A stretch of 64,000 nt of DNA from Klebsormidium nitens (GCA_000708835.1 DF237215.1:1-64000), one strand, 5' to 3'; shown: positions 13,101 through 25,734, counted from the first letter of the stretch. A program made the numbers and translations. The notes: generated by a model from the sequence alone, not told the origin.

Positions 13101-15200
13101 GGTGATCTGCAGCAAGAAGAGGGTTGAAAAGCTTGGGAGCTTACCAGTCCGGTTGCTAGGAGATCAGTAGAGGCACAGCAAGCAGCCTGCGTGAAGTACT
13201 ACTGTACATATGGATGAGTATCTGGAGTATGCTGTATCTCAAGGCACCTGGTTGTCAACCTGAGGTCGACTCTGGTCAGGACTATTCTACCTGTGCCGGC
13301 CTTTTGACTCTGTGAAAAGGCGTAAGACAATGTAGAGGCTTTTGTACTTTGCAGCCATGTTCATTCTAAAGGTGCCCGCTAGCAAGTACATTTCGGACCC
13401 TTCTGCTCTGATCGCCAATGTTGTTGGTGCAGCTCAGGATGCTCTATATAAGGTGTTTGAGAAATGGTGCGGAGGTGCAGCGGAGCATATGAGAAACTTC
13501 AGCCATGCGTTCAACCAGCTACAGGAACCCTAAGCTGCCAGAGTCCGCATATTTCTGCATTCTACATTCCAGCAACTCTGAGATAGAAACCATGCCCCAG
13601 ATTGGATCCAAATAGTTGTCTTGAGTTGCAAACTCGCAGGCAATCGAGACATTGAACGAAGAACCACTGCCTTTAGTAGTGTTGAGGGGACCAGACACCC
13701 ACCAACGAATGCACTCCAGCATTTACTTACATTGTCGTCCACTTCCGTTGAACTTTGCCCTGCTCCATTGACCAGTAAGGTCTGTGCCGCACTTGCATTT
13801 GTATGCAAGATGTCTGCACCATTGCTCGAATGCACTCTTATAGTGCTGCGAAAAGTTGGCGCAGCCAAGTCTCTCTGGCCTCTCTGAAGTTGTGCTGGAC
13901 ACAAAAGACTGCCATAAGATCGCCAAGGTTGCACAGAACAGGCACACCAAGTCATGGAGTTGTACAGCGAATTTTTGGCACGGCAAGTGTTGGCCCCTTT
14001 TGCAAGATGCGTCTTAAAAGGCTAAAGAAAAAGGTGGGCGGTTGAAAATTGAAAGCGTTGTAGTTCTCCTGTATTCATGCATTATTGAAAGCCTATGTAC
14101 GACCTCGTTGACGCCGAGGGTGCTTCCACAATTTGCAATCTGCGCCAAGGTTCTTGTGCATTCTCCTGCTGATGTCATTATTAATTGCGTCTAGTCTAGT
14201 CTTCTCCTGGCGACGTTCAAACTTCACCCACTTCCAACTTTGAAATTTTGACAGCCTTCAGGTCCATCCATGAATCACGACGTCAACCAGCGCCGCGGCC
14301 CGGCGCGCCTCTGTGACCAGCATCACCGTCGATAATCCTTTTCAAGCATTCTCAGCCGCTAGATCCTGTTCATAATGGTCAGACGAGTCAACTTTCCGCC
14401 TGACTTTGAATCTTTTCCGCCTTCCGTACATTTACAAGTAACTTAGACTGAAGCAGACTGAACTCAGGACTCAAAAGTACTAGGCCCAGGGCGCAAGACT
14501 CGAGCGAGAGACCAGCTTCCAGGAGCAATGCTGAAAGCAAGGCTGACTGGAAAACGTGAGAATAATTGAGAACTTTGTCAACCCATTCAAAGTCGCCCTT
14601 TTCTCGCTGCTCGTCTTTGTTTTGTGGCATTGGGCTGAAGCGCCATAGTGCGCTATCTCATAGCCTAGTGTATGAGTGGTAGGTAAAGATGTGCGAAGCG
14701 CAAAAGCACACAGCCACCCAAAAGGGCAAATATCTTTGGGAGGATCAAATCCTGCATCTGCATTGGTCGCATCTTTAGGAGATGTCCTCAATCAAAACTG
14801 CCGGTGCAAGCTTTGTGGTGACCAACACTTCGAGTGGAAGATTGCTTACCATTGATATCGGAGAAGATTGCGTCCACTGCTTTGGGCAGACTCTGCAATG
14901 CTGTCCTAGGGAAGAAGTCTGAAGGCTCTGTGAAGGATCATACTGGTTTGCACGTCTCTGTGGAGGACCTTATGTGAAGGCTATTCTGAAGGTCACACAA
15001 GGACTTTGTTTACAGCAGGGAGAAGGCGAAACGACAGCATTCAGCCGGCTCCTTTCTTCAGAAGATCTGACGTTCTGCTGACTCGCATGAGGGGCCAGGA
15101 AAAGTCTGGAACCAGGATGGACGTTGACAGGGAGCCTGATTAACGTTGGCTCGCAGGGGTCTACGGAGGCCCTTGCTCATCAGGCTGGATCAGTGTTGCC
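7200..15200. other. Unidentified, apparently decayed coding-like or repeat-derived region
   Basis: It contains only short ORFs broken by stops and scattered minus-strand exon-like pieces with splice signals (e.g. CAG-ITPPKLPEWLSRQ...NK-GT near 13020-13105). No family motif was recognised. Confidence 0.3.
9570..9745. repeat. Degenerate fold-back centred on a perfect 22-bp palindrome (9643-9664)
   Basis: ATGTCCATTGATCAATGGACAT is self-complementary. Arm 9570-9590 (AACATTGACGTTCTTGATCAG) matches the reverse complement of 9725-9745 at 18/21 positions. Confidence 0.75.
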
Positions 15201-15404
15201 GCCTGAGTGTACCACTTGATACGTGTCTGCTACGCACTGGCTTCCCTTAAGGACCCGGACTTGAGATTACAGTGAAACAGACCTTCCATCAGCAGGGACA
15301 GCAGCGCACCATTGCAGGGTTTGGCTGCGTTATCTTACAAGAAAATCATTTTACCAATCCTTGCAGTGTCAGTAGACACACAACAGTCAACTAAAAGAGC
15401 GGTC

Positions 15405-18400
15405 ATGGTAGAGTTTGACCCAGTCAGAATGGCAGGTCAGGAGATCACTGAGGTGCCCCTAGGGGGAGCTTCTGAAAGGATGCGGTTGGGGCAGGCTAGC
15501 GGCATGAGCAGCCAGTCCAAAATCCCTCTGGGGATGCAGAAGGCAGAGGAACTGACCAGCCTCCCAAGCTTCAATGCGCTGCCGGTGCTGCGGACAAAGA
15601 GCATGTGAGTGATTCTGGTTGTGTTGCCTGCTCTTGAGGAAGGGAGCCAACAGCCTTCTTGCTCATGGTTTTTAGAAACTACATGGTCGATCAGGAATTA
15701 TGCCATATTACTACTCTGGCCTGAATCCGCTCTATACCGCTTTTAGCAGATGCAACTGCTTGAGCAGACTCTGCTCGAAAGCTGCAGGCGTAGTCCTGCT
15801 TGGAAGAAGCTTGAATTGTGCTGAACTGATCAAGCATCATCAGAATCCCTGTTCAAAACAAGGCTTCACTTGAAAACTCGAATCAACTTCTGCAAGTCAC
15901 TAGTGGCTGTGTAATGGAATCCTCCTGAACTTACGCTCCTACTGTTCCTTCAGCACAGCTTGACCTGTTTCTCAAGTACTCATATTTTGTAACGAACTGT
16001 CTATCAAGCGCATGCAAGTACTTTCATGAACTATCTCTGCGGCCCAATCTGCCATGCGAACCGAGTCTTAGAGGAAGAGACAGAAGACAAGCATCCAACA
16101 AGCGGAAGCTTCGGAGCAAGCATTGGCTAAAGCAAGTTGATCATGATTCAACAAGGCACACTGACTATGCACGAAAGGCTTGGTAGTGGCCAAACGCGAG
16201 CTGAGTGCTCAAATCATACACTGCACGACGAGTGTAACCTATCAAGGGGTATCAAAGTGGGCCTTGCTTTGATTCTCAATCTCTCCCTTGACCTTTTACA
16301 GGACACGGAAGCCGCACATTCAACTCCCGGTGTCTTCGGATAGCCCCCCCGCCAGCATAAAGTCCCCCAGGGGAGTCCAACGGGACACCTCCGGCCAAAT
16401 CTGCCCTAAGTGCCTGTTGCACGTGCCGTTTTACCAGGAGCTACCTCATTGGCGGAGCATAGACGACTTCATTGATCAGAAGCCTATCGGGTCCGGGAAG
16501 TGAGTCGCTTCTTCTTGGCGGGTCCCGTTCCCAATTAGGCTTGCTTCTGTCCGTCACATCTGTTGCGTAATGCGGCCTACTGCATGCTTCCTGCTCGACT
16601 GTCTCACGATCTGACGGGTTCCAAGAAACATTCTGCTGCTCAAGGAAAGTCTCAACCGTTGAACAATTATGCCTCGATCGGCACGGACATATTCAATGTG
16701 AGCTCAGAGAAGGCTTTGAGCACGTGGTTAACCGTTTGAGGAACGCAAAGACTGGATCCCGGTTTTCAAACTCCGTGCAATCAAACTCGACGTACAAAGA
16801 GTCCTTCAACGGCGTTCATCTAGTGGGAGTTTTCTTGCATGGGCGGCGTTTCTCATGAGGATCCATCTTTGAACTTGATGCAAACCTAGCAAGCAGAAGA
16901 AGAAGCGAAGGTGCCCAAGGTAGTTTTGAGAACTCTTCACCGAACGACTGACAGTCCTTAGGTTAAAAACGCTCGCACTTATCGCTCCGCTCTGATCAAC
17001 TCAAAGAAATTCATGAAGCCCCGTCCGTCAATTTAAAAAACCAATCGCTCATACAGGCGGACGTCAAATACTATCGAGCTGATCTGGGGCCGTCCGGTCG
17101 CGCTGTAGAATCACTTAGACGCGCTGAACTCAGAGTCCTCAGAGCAGGGTCGTTTTCTTAACTTGAACAAAAACCATTTCTTCTGGTTGCAGGACGTCGT
17201 GGGTGCTGAGCGCGCGGTGCCGCCTGACGGGCCTCCCGGTAGCGATCAAGATCTACAAAAAGGAGGCGCTGACGTCGGCCAACCGGAACCAGGTGCGGCG
17301 GGAGGTGGAGAGCTTGTACGAGCTCAGGTGAGGTCGAGTCACAGGGCGCCACGTGTCCGGTTTGAAGCGAACCAGCGGGCGGTTCGATTGATCACGGCCA
17401 TCCGCCGCGAGAGGAAGGGCTTGCGTGCTCTGCGCGTGATCTGTTTGTAGCCGGTTGAAGCTGCAGGTTTGTTTCAGAGCTTTCGACAGATTCGAAACGA
17501 TTTCGTATTTCACGTCAGTTTGTTAAAACGCTGAATTGTTTGCCTGTTGCACTCCTTGCTCCTCATCCCGTCTATTTCTGTCCTTAGTTTACTCGCTTCT
17601 CTAGTCTCTTACGTAGCACTGCAACGGTTCAGCATGTTTGCTTTCAACGCTGCCCGTTTCCTAGTTCGCAAGGCTCAAAATCTGAAGAAGTTGTCATTGT
17701 ATATATCCATTCCGTTCCGCTTGTCCGCGTCTCTAGTTCCTCACCAGCGCTTCCTTCCCACCATCTCAGGCACGAAACCTGAACAAAGCTCTACAACCTA
17801 CATCCGTACCGGGTCCGCTTTGCCAGTCCTCTTGTTCCTTACCCGGTCTTCTTCCTTCCATTCTTTCAAGCAACTAAAGAAGATGCACATCTTCGTAATC
17901 ACCTGGTCCGCTTTCCCGGCTCTCTAGTTCCTCACCAGTCTTTTCTCCCCACCTTCTCAGGCACGAAAACCTGAACAAGCTGTACATGGTTTTCGAGGAC
18001 GCCCGGCGGGTGACCCTGATTCTTGAGTACTGCTCCCAGGGGGACGTCTTCAAAATGCTCGCGGAGCACAAGGGCCACATGGACGAAGAAGTGGTTGTCG
18101 TGCGAGTAAGCTGCTGCCACGTGGCGTGCCCCTGGCCCTCGATTTGACGGGGACAGCTTCTACTGTGTGCACAGGCAGGCGACGTTTTGTGCTGTCTGGT
18201 AGTTGCCGAACTTTGCTTCCCTGTCGTAGGCTCGAAGCCGTCTGAATATTCTCAAACCGACAGCAGACAGAAAGAACGGAACGCGCCAACGGAACGTGCC
18301 AACGGAACGGATTCACGATGCACCGGCTGAGCATTCATACGGGGGACGGCATCTTTTGCAGGTGTTGGCGCCCCTTCTCCGGGCGCTCGACTACCTTCAC

Positions 18401-20574
18401 ACTCGGGCGTACATGCACCGGTAAGTGCCCCCCTCAAAGTCCCAAGTATCTGCTTATAAACACTGGACGTTACGGTCTTCTTGATCCAAGCAAATGTCCA
18501 CTGTTGTTTCTGTTGAGATCACAATCAAAGGTACTTTCGACCGCTCTGCCGCAAAGCTAGCCGCAGTTTGGACGGCGTAGCTCACTCTGTTAGTCGCCGT
18601 CTCCTTGTCACAAACGTAAGGTACCTGTTCCGAAGAAATGCAGTTTGGAGAGGCTGACCAGACGTTGTAGACCGTTGAATCTAATCGTCGAGAACGGTGA
18701 TCAGCAAAACGAAACGCGACAATCAGCGCCTCTTCACTGTGCCGCGAAATCAAGGCTGGGAACCATCGTCACTAACGACGAGCTCTCTCTTTCCGCAGCG
18801 ACATCAAGAACCTTACTCACTAACAAGAAGCTCCCTATTTTCGAGGCGATATCAAGCCCGAGAACCATACTCCACTAACGACGAGCTCTCTCATTCCGCA
18901 GCGGTATCAAGCCCGAGAAACATACTCACTAACAAGAACCTCTCTGATTCCGCAGCGATATTAAGCCAGAGAACCTGTTCATGTCGGAGGACGGCACGCT
19001 CAAGCTGGGCGACTTCGGCTTCGCGATCAACACCGAGCGCGACGTGGCGAAATCCAGGCTGGGAACACTAGACTACATGTCGCCGGAAGTGCTCCAGATG
19101 CCCAGCACCAACGACGGCTCAGACCCCGACCTGCCGTCGCCCGTCGGGTCGCCGCGCGCGGCGGAGCGGGGCTACGACAGCAAAGTCGACGTCTGGTGAG
19201 AACCGCCTGTTGAAAGTTTCGGCGTTGAAAGCTGGCCTTTCTTTGATTGGCGCTTGTGGCGACTCGAAGCACTGCGGATATTTGACAGTTCCTCGATTGT
19301 TGTTTTGTTTCTGCCGCTAATTGACCCACCCTCAATGAATCGAGGGGACGTTCAAGCGAATAAAGCCAACCCAGGTTCCCATCGAAGTTTCTGTTCCAAG
19401 TCATCTCGCCTTCTATTTCAACCTCTATTTGAAAGCCATTTGCAATCTTTGGGAATCTGGTTTTGCCTGTAATGCGCTGAACGGTCATAGTCTCTGAGCG
19501 CGAGCGATCTCGTGTCCCCGCAGGGCGTGCGGCATCCTAGCATACGAGCTGCTGTGCGGGAAGCCCCCGTTTGAAGTCCCCGACCGCCGCGAGACCTGCC
19601 GGAAGATCATAAGCGAAGAGCTTCCTGGCAAGGAAGGATGGCCTCGGTTCCTGTCTCCTGAGAGCATCCGGTTCATTAATCAGGCAAGCGCTCCAGCACT
19701 TTACCGTACTTGTTAGCGAGATTGCGGTGAACGCTCTGTTTAGCGGCATCTGCCTTTGCGGGTTCGGAAAGCAGGGGTGTTGCTCGGGACCCTACACCGA
19801 GTTTTATAGTAGCTGATTCAGGTCCTTTGTTAGTTATAACCTGAACGCAAAATATGGTCAAAAGTGAGCTCTCCGTACAGAATTCTACCCCATGCTGTTC
19901 AAAGACTCTTTTGTCGTCTTGGCTGCGTTGTTCTGAGCGGACAAGAATTGTACTCATTGCCCCTCCCCAAAATTTCACAAACGGTCTGGCAACTCGTGCT
20001 CGACCAGAGTAAGCCACACGCAAACCGACCTTAATCTTCCGGTCGAACGCTCTTGCAGGCAACCCACAAGACGCCGTCGAAGCGCCTGACCGCCGGCCAA
20101 TTGCTGCAGCACACGTGGATCAAGAAGTACACGCAACGCGCGGCCGCGTCGCGCTCCCCCGCCAAGCCCGACTACCCGGGCTTCCACCAGGTCTCCAGCC
20201 CCCAGTCCGTTCTCGACCTGCACCAATTGGACGTCCTCAGCGGTGCTAACACGCCGGCGTCCGCGCGTAAGGGGGGGTCCGAAACGCCGGTCGGGAAGGG
20301 GGGGTACGAGACGGCCCCCGGAAAGGGGGGGAAGTCGATGCCCCGGCACCTGGCGGCGCTCTTCGCGGAGGCGTTACAGTCTGGGTCGCACTGCTGCACC
20401 CCCACCCGGGGATCGGAGTCGTCGGCGGAGTTGATCGCGGAGGGGGGCGGTGGGGAAGGGAAATTCGCCCCGGGCGAGGAGGGGGTGGCGGCGGATGAGG
20501 CGGAGAACGCGGGCGGGGTGCTGGGGATGGTGACGGCGCCGTTCCGATTGTTTGCGAGGCTGTTGATAGGATAG
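15405..20574 (+). CDS. Aurora-like Ser/Thr protein kinase. Exons 15405-15604, 16302-16499, 17193-17327, 17961-18105, 18362-18420, 18956-19195, 19524-19683, 20059-20574
   Basis: The spliced product has IGSGK|TSWV (Gly loop), VAIKIY, REVE, YMHR|DIKPEN, LKLGDFGFA, RLGTLDYMSPE, YDSKVDVW|ACGILAYELLCGKPPF and RLTAGQLLQHTWI. Phases are consistent. The first exon assignment is less certain. Confidence 0.9.
17640..17960 (+). repeat. ~95-bp-period degenerate repeats containing the acceptor and start of kinase exon 17961
   Basis: CTCTAGTTCCTCACCAG...CTCAG-GCACGAAA(A)CCTGAACAA occurs at 17732-17795 and at the true site 17922-17980. Weaker copies lie near 17670 and 17870. Confidence 0.8.
18745..18975 (+). 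repeat. Five tandem ~47-56 bp units (branch point, pyrimidine tract, AG, start of the DIKPEN exon); the last is the functional acceptor
   Basis: CACTAAC...TTCCGCAG-CGA(T/C)AT(C/T)AAG recurs, with AG at 18797-98, 18844-45, 18900-01 and 18954-55, plus a more degenerate unit at 18745. Confidence 0.9.
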
Positions 20575-21520
20575 AAAGTAATTTAATTGGTACGTGAGGG
20601 TGTCGATGGGCAAGCCTCATGAAGGGGCCTAGATTGTTGACGCGCTATTTATTGTGGTAGAAAGACCGGCCTCACATTGAGGCTTGAACGTGTCTCCAGT
20701 GCCCTTGTACATAAAAGGATAGACCAAGTCAGGGGGGTACCTGAAAAATAACCTCAAAACAATGAACGAAAGCACACAAGGTAACATTCATAATTGAATA
20801 AGTGGCTAACAAGTCCAGAGGTGATTATTGCAAGCATCAAACAGGACAGCATGCAGCTTTCCGTTGCAACATACGAGTCTGACTCGTATCGGGACACCTC
20901 ACGAGTTGTCACGTTAGGATATGTTGAGGTAGCTCGGAGTTCCGCTTAATCTTTACGAAGCTCAACTACAGAGGCTATCAATCTGGAATTTTTTTTCTGG
21001 CCGTAAAGCACTCTAGTGGCATCCTATACGTTTCAGAGGTTAGATTAATAAGAAACGGTAACGTTTTAGGAAGAAAGGCCGATTGCCTCATCTTTCACTT
21101 CTTTCAAGTAGATGGCCCAAAAGCAATGATCCGCCTTGCCTCGAGCTTAAAGAGGCAATGAACCTGCTCTCGTGTCACAAGCTCACGAATGCTGGCGCGA
21201 ATTTCACGTCTTGCAATTTAGAAACTCAAAGGTGATCGGGGGCGCCGGGGGGCGTTTGTTTCATAGACAAAACTACTCACGAGAGGGAGATAGTATAGGC
21301 AATGAAGCCAATATGCATCAGCAACGATGACGTCAGAAGGTTGTTCTCTGCGGGCGTGTCATAGTAATAAGCTCTTAAGCAAGTAGGCTCGCTTGCAGTG
21401 CCCAGAGTCTAGAGGTCCAGAAAGCATCTTGGAGCCGGATTGTAATGATTCCACAATGCGTTGCTTTGCCTTTGCGACATTGTTATCTCCATTGCATAGT
21501 ACAACTCTGCACCCTGGAAT

Positions 21521-21576
21521 CGGGACAAGGCCTTCTGTAATCATATAATCAGATGACTACAGATGGCCTTGTCCCG
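21521..21576. repeat. 24-bp inverted repeat (hairpin) with an 8-nt loop
   Basis: CGGGACAAGGCCTTCTGTAATCAT / loop ATAATCAG / ATGACTACAGATGGCCTTGTCCCG; 22 of 24 positions pair. Confidence 0.85.
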
Positions 21577-22641
21577 CTTAAGCTCAATCCTATGACGGAC
21601 TTCGTCGTGAGCACGATCGAACCTCTGTTTGCCCGCGGAATTCAAGAATGTCACAAGTGCCCAGCGAACTCAGTCGCCTCCCCTCAAAGTTTCAAGTGTA
21701 TGGCAATCGATCGCTTATCAGATATCCTCAGCGCACACCGACCGCAGCTGGAGCAGAGAATTGACCATAAGTCTTGCACTCGCTCTCGACTTGTGACGAG
21801 TGAAGAGGCTTTTCATTTCTCAAAGAGTTCTCTTGTAGATCCTGTCTCAACACGTTCGCAGGATTCTTCACAGCCGCAAATCTAAGGATGTTGCGGAACT
21901 TTTATCGCGAGCTGGTAAGTATCTAGTTACGCTTGAGTGGGCCTGTCGTTTCCTGTCATCTAGATGTGAAACGGCGGCATGGCTAAGAGGACCATGACTT
22001 GCTTTTGCGGGCAGTCCGCCAGAATCGGTTCCAAATGAACACGTTCCTCAAGATCGTGGCCGCTACTTGAAGACTACTCCAGAAAAGGATGCGATCTAGT
22101 ACTTACTTAGATACTGCAGGCGAAAATCTGCTCTCCTATGAGCTTGATGCCGTACGACTGGCCACCAGGATCCAAAGGGGCGGCATCACCAAGAAGGGCT
22201 GACTCTGGCCGCCTTCAAACGTGCATATAAGCTTCATAGCGACGCATCCGAGGCCAGATCTTTGCATATGTTCATTGTTGTGAGACGTTTCATGCTTGAC
22301 CTTCGAGAATCTGTCAAGCCCGCGGTTGCAGAGAGCTCGATGCACGGCAAATGCTGAAGGCTGGCAGCGGACGATGCGAGCTTCGCCGCTACTTTTCTTC
22401 GTGAATTGTCGAATTCATGCAGTGGCTCCATTGCTGCTCGGAAATGAGAGATCTCAGCAACATAAAGGACGCTTTTAGCAGTCACGCTTGCAGCAAGTTG
22501 CGGCCTTCTATACTTGCATACTCGGCGAATCATGTTCGGAGGAAATACTTACATCGCGCCCGATGCAGAAAGCAGGGCGCTTAGGTGATCCAGTGTATGC
22601 TCCATCTCTCCCGTAAGCGAAGCGGGCTCCAGCGATCCAAA

Positions 22642-23681
22642 ATGGACACGCTTTTCTTCCTCCTACTTGCTGTCGGAGTTAATTGTGCTGCGGCCAGCCT
22701 TGACCCAGCATTGTGTCCTTTTGAGCTGGGGTATAACCCAATTTTCAACGCCGATGGGAGTGTCCTGTCCTGCCAGAAGGGTGAGAAGTCCTCCACCCTG
22801 GGCTTGGCTTATTGTATTTGAGGCTTCGTGAACACTGATCTGAGTAGAAGACAAGTTGAACCTCAGATTCTTCTGCATTTCATATTTTTTAATGCTTTTT
22901 TAATGACAATTTTCCTTTTTCGCTCAGGTGACGAGACGTTTACCGTTGACTCCCCGACCGTTGCTCGCTCCCTGCGCGACATCGGGAATAATCTGCTCAC
23001 CATCCAGATCGCTGCGGCTGCTTTCAGTGTCGATGCGCAAACGATCAACCAATTTCTGGACCCTAACGTCCTTTTTTTTCTAGAAGACGGAAAGCCCCGC
23101 GGCCGCTTCAATCCCGGCCTTGATGCATTCTTCAGTGACCCCGCCATCTTTTCTTACGTCCCTGGAATGGACCCTTCCACCCTCTTTAAAGTGAGTGCAA
23201 AGACCTGCCTTGAAAAATGGCGCGTGTTACCATTGTATATTGTAGACCCCTGGAATCCGGTGCACGGACAGACACTTCTTGACTAGTGAAATTCTTCAGA
23301 AGCCGCTTTGAAGCGGAGGCAAACACATGAGCGCTGAGCCACGATTCATGCAGTTTTCTGGAACATCATAGTAAGAGCTGGAAATGCGCAGATGCTGATT
23401 GCCATTGCTCTGACTGCTTGACTAAGAGATCTGTACCAGGAAGGCCTTGCTGAGACACAGTCTGTCTTCTGCAGGTAAGCAATTACCAATTGCTCGGCGG
23501 AGCCCTCCCTGCAGCCACTCTTCATGTGCAGCTGACCACCAAGACTTCCTTTGTCGACTTCGACAGCATCTGGTATCTGAATGATGTTGCGGGAGGAACG
23601 AAGCTATGCAGCTATTTCGCGGTTTTAATCTCAAGGTCACCGCGCGTAGCTAGAATCATTTCGAATCGAGGCTATATCTAG
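22642..23681 (+). CDS. Small predicted secreted protein of unknown function. Exons 22642-22780, 22928-23190, probably 23532-23681
   Basis: It has a signal-peptide-like start (MDTLFFLLLAVGVNCAAA), a Cys pair in exon 1, and phase-compatible GT-AG joins (AAG G|GT..AG|GT GAC; TTT AAA|GT..AG|CTG ACC). Confidence 0.6.
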
Positions 23682-23918
23682 ACATCATCTTTTCAGCATG
23701 ATAAAGAACGGCTTTAACACACTCTAGCCGGTAAGCGCACGCAGCCGCCAGTCGAGATTGTCTTCATCAGAGTTCTACGGGATCCGAAAGCTACTAGGAC
23801 TGAATGCAAAATCGTAGAAAGTTCTAGGCAACTAGTGCCAATCCTGGCCAACGAGTGCTTTTTTGATGACCCATGCAAGTTCGACAGTACGCACAGAGGT
23901 TCCCCTAAAGCCGTGTCA

Positions 23919-25734
23919 TCACTCCTCGACATTGATAAGCATACCCTTCTCCGTCAGCAAGCAGCTCTTCCGTGAGCTTATAGGAGACTGCAGCTCTTGC
24001 AGTTGACGATCCTGCGCAACGAAATACTCAAGTTTCAAACACCAACCTGGAAGCGACTGGGAGATTGCAGAAGATGAAAATCCGGGTGACTTGAAATTTA
24101 GCTATGCGTGGCCGCCATGTATTACTTGTCATAATATCTCTTCATACGGTGTGCTACGTGAGATGTGGCGAGAGATGACCAGCCCAAGAAGAGAATTGAT
24201 GGAATGAAAGCCTCAATTTTACCTTGATTTCTCTGTCTACCAAGAGCAGCTTGATGAGCAGCTCCATCTCAGTCTCGCCGTCTACTTCTGCAAGCAAGAG
24301 AACGATTCTATTGTCGATGCTTGAGAGGCTTTGGATTCAGATTGCTCTTTGTTGGACGAACCCTTCCGTGAAACTTAACTAAGGGCCCGCAAGTCGACTG
24401 TGAAGTTTTAGTCGCTTGTTCTTGACTCGGCAGATTGATGGCTAGCCAGGCAATCCGAGCGGGAAAGGTCAAAATAGATCTTCGTTTGGCGCAGCTTACC
24501 GTCCTCAGAGCCACACTCCATATCTGCCTCTGCGCCGTCTTGGGTTGTAGATTCTTGAGCGTGTGAGGGTAAGCAGATTGTCATGTCAAGACTGTCTTGG
24601 CCATCCACACTGATCGGTGATCCAAAGCCGGAAAGCTCGTCTAGGCTATCTGTATCTTCATTTATGAAGTCTCTCCCAGTTGGTCCCCCACTGCTTGAAA
24701 TCGCGCACTTCGCAAGTGTATCAATCTGGATAGCAGAGCCGGGCAAAGCTGTTTGGTAAGCGAATCAGACGTCAAAAAAGACAGAAATTGCATCACTCGA
24801 AGTCACCTGCAGAAACTGATTTGGATCTGCATAATTAGAAAGAGACGGCCTTTTACGGACAGGCCTCTGTTCTTCGTTCTGCAAATCTGCTCTTGGCCGA
24901 TGATATCACTATGTCACTCACCATAGACTGTAGGTCTGCTTTCTTCCTCGTTATGATCTGTGCCATGTCGGAACACCTCTGTAACGCACAAAGGGGCGCA
25001 GACCTACTCAGAGCAATCCGAAGGACTGAATCTGTGATGAATACTATCAACAGCTCGCGAGGCTGCACCAGGACGTTACAAGGATAGGGCAGTTCATTGG
25101 AAGCAGGAAGAGATACGTAAAGACTTCAGGCCTTCTACTAGCTGATATTTTCTGCAATTAGCAACAAAATACGCACCTGCAATGTGTCGCGAGCCTGTTC
25201 ACAAACCCAACAAGGAGTCAGCAACAATTGATTGTCCAGAATCTAGCTTTCTGTCAGGAAACCAAACATAGCCAAACTAGCAAGAGGATCTGCTTTCAAA
25301 TAAGCTTGACGGACATGACAAGAGAGGCATCATGACAGCATTCGGTCAGGACGTTGTATTCTACCAAGCTGGTTTAAGCTGACGTGAAGCCCATCGGTTT
25401 GGTCCGGTGGCCGGCTAAAGCATGCTCGAAATACGCAGTACAGAAGTACCTTGTAACTTTAGACAACCGCTTGACTCACCGACTGGATCTCTGCTCCTAC
25501 TTTCCAGTGTGCTTCTGCGGACTTCTGTGATCTAACGTCAACTGCAGTTGTTGAGATTGAAGAAGTGGGGGCTCCCTGAAAGTCGGTTTCTCGCTCGAGC
25601 GCCTCATTCGCAGCTAAACTCGGTGCAGCCTTGCTCATTCCAGTGTCCCCGTCCAGATTCTGAGCAGTCAGTGCATATGAACTTTGGGTCCCTTGCTCAT
25701 TAGCGCCAGCTATTTCTACGAGCTCCATGATCAT
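23919..25734 (-). CDS. Hypothetical acidic, Ser-rich multi-exon protein
   Basis: Phase-compatible exon-like segments read MIMELVEIAGANEQ...EIQS|, RCSDMAQIITRKKADLQSM|, IDTLAKCA...CGSED|, EVDGETEMELLIKLLLVDREIK| and SLPGWCLKLEYF...NVEE*. No family was recognised. Confidence 0.5.
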
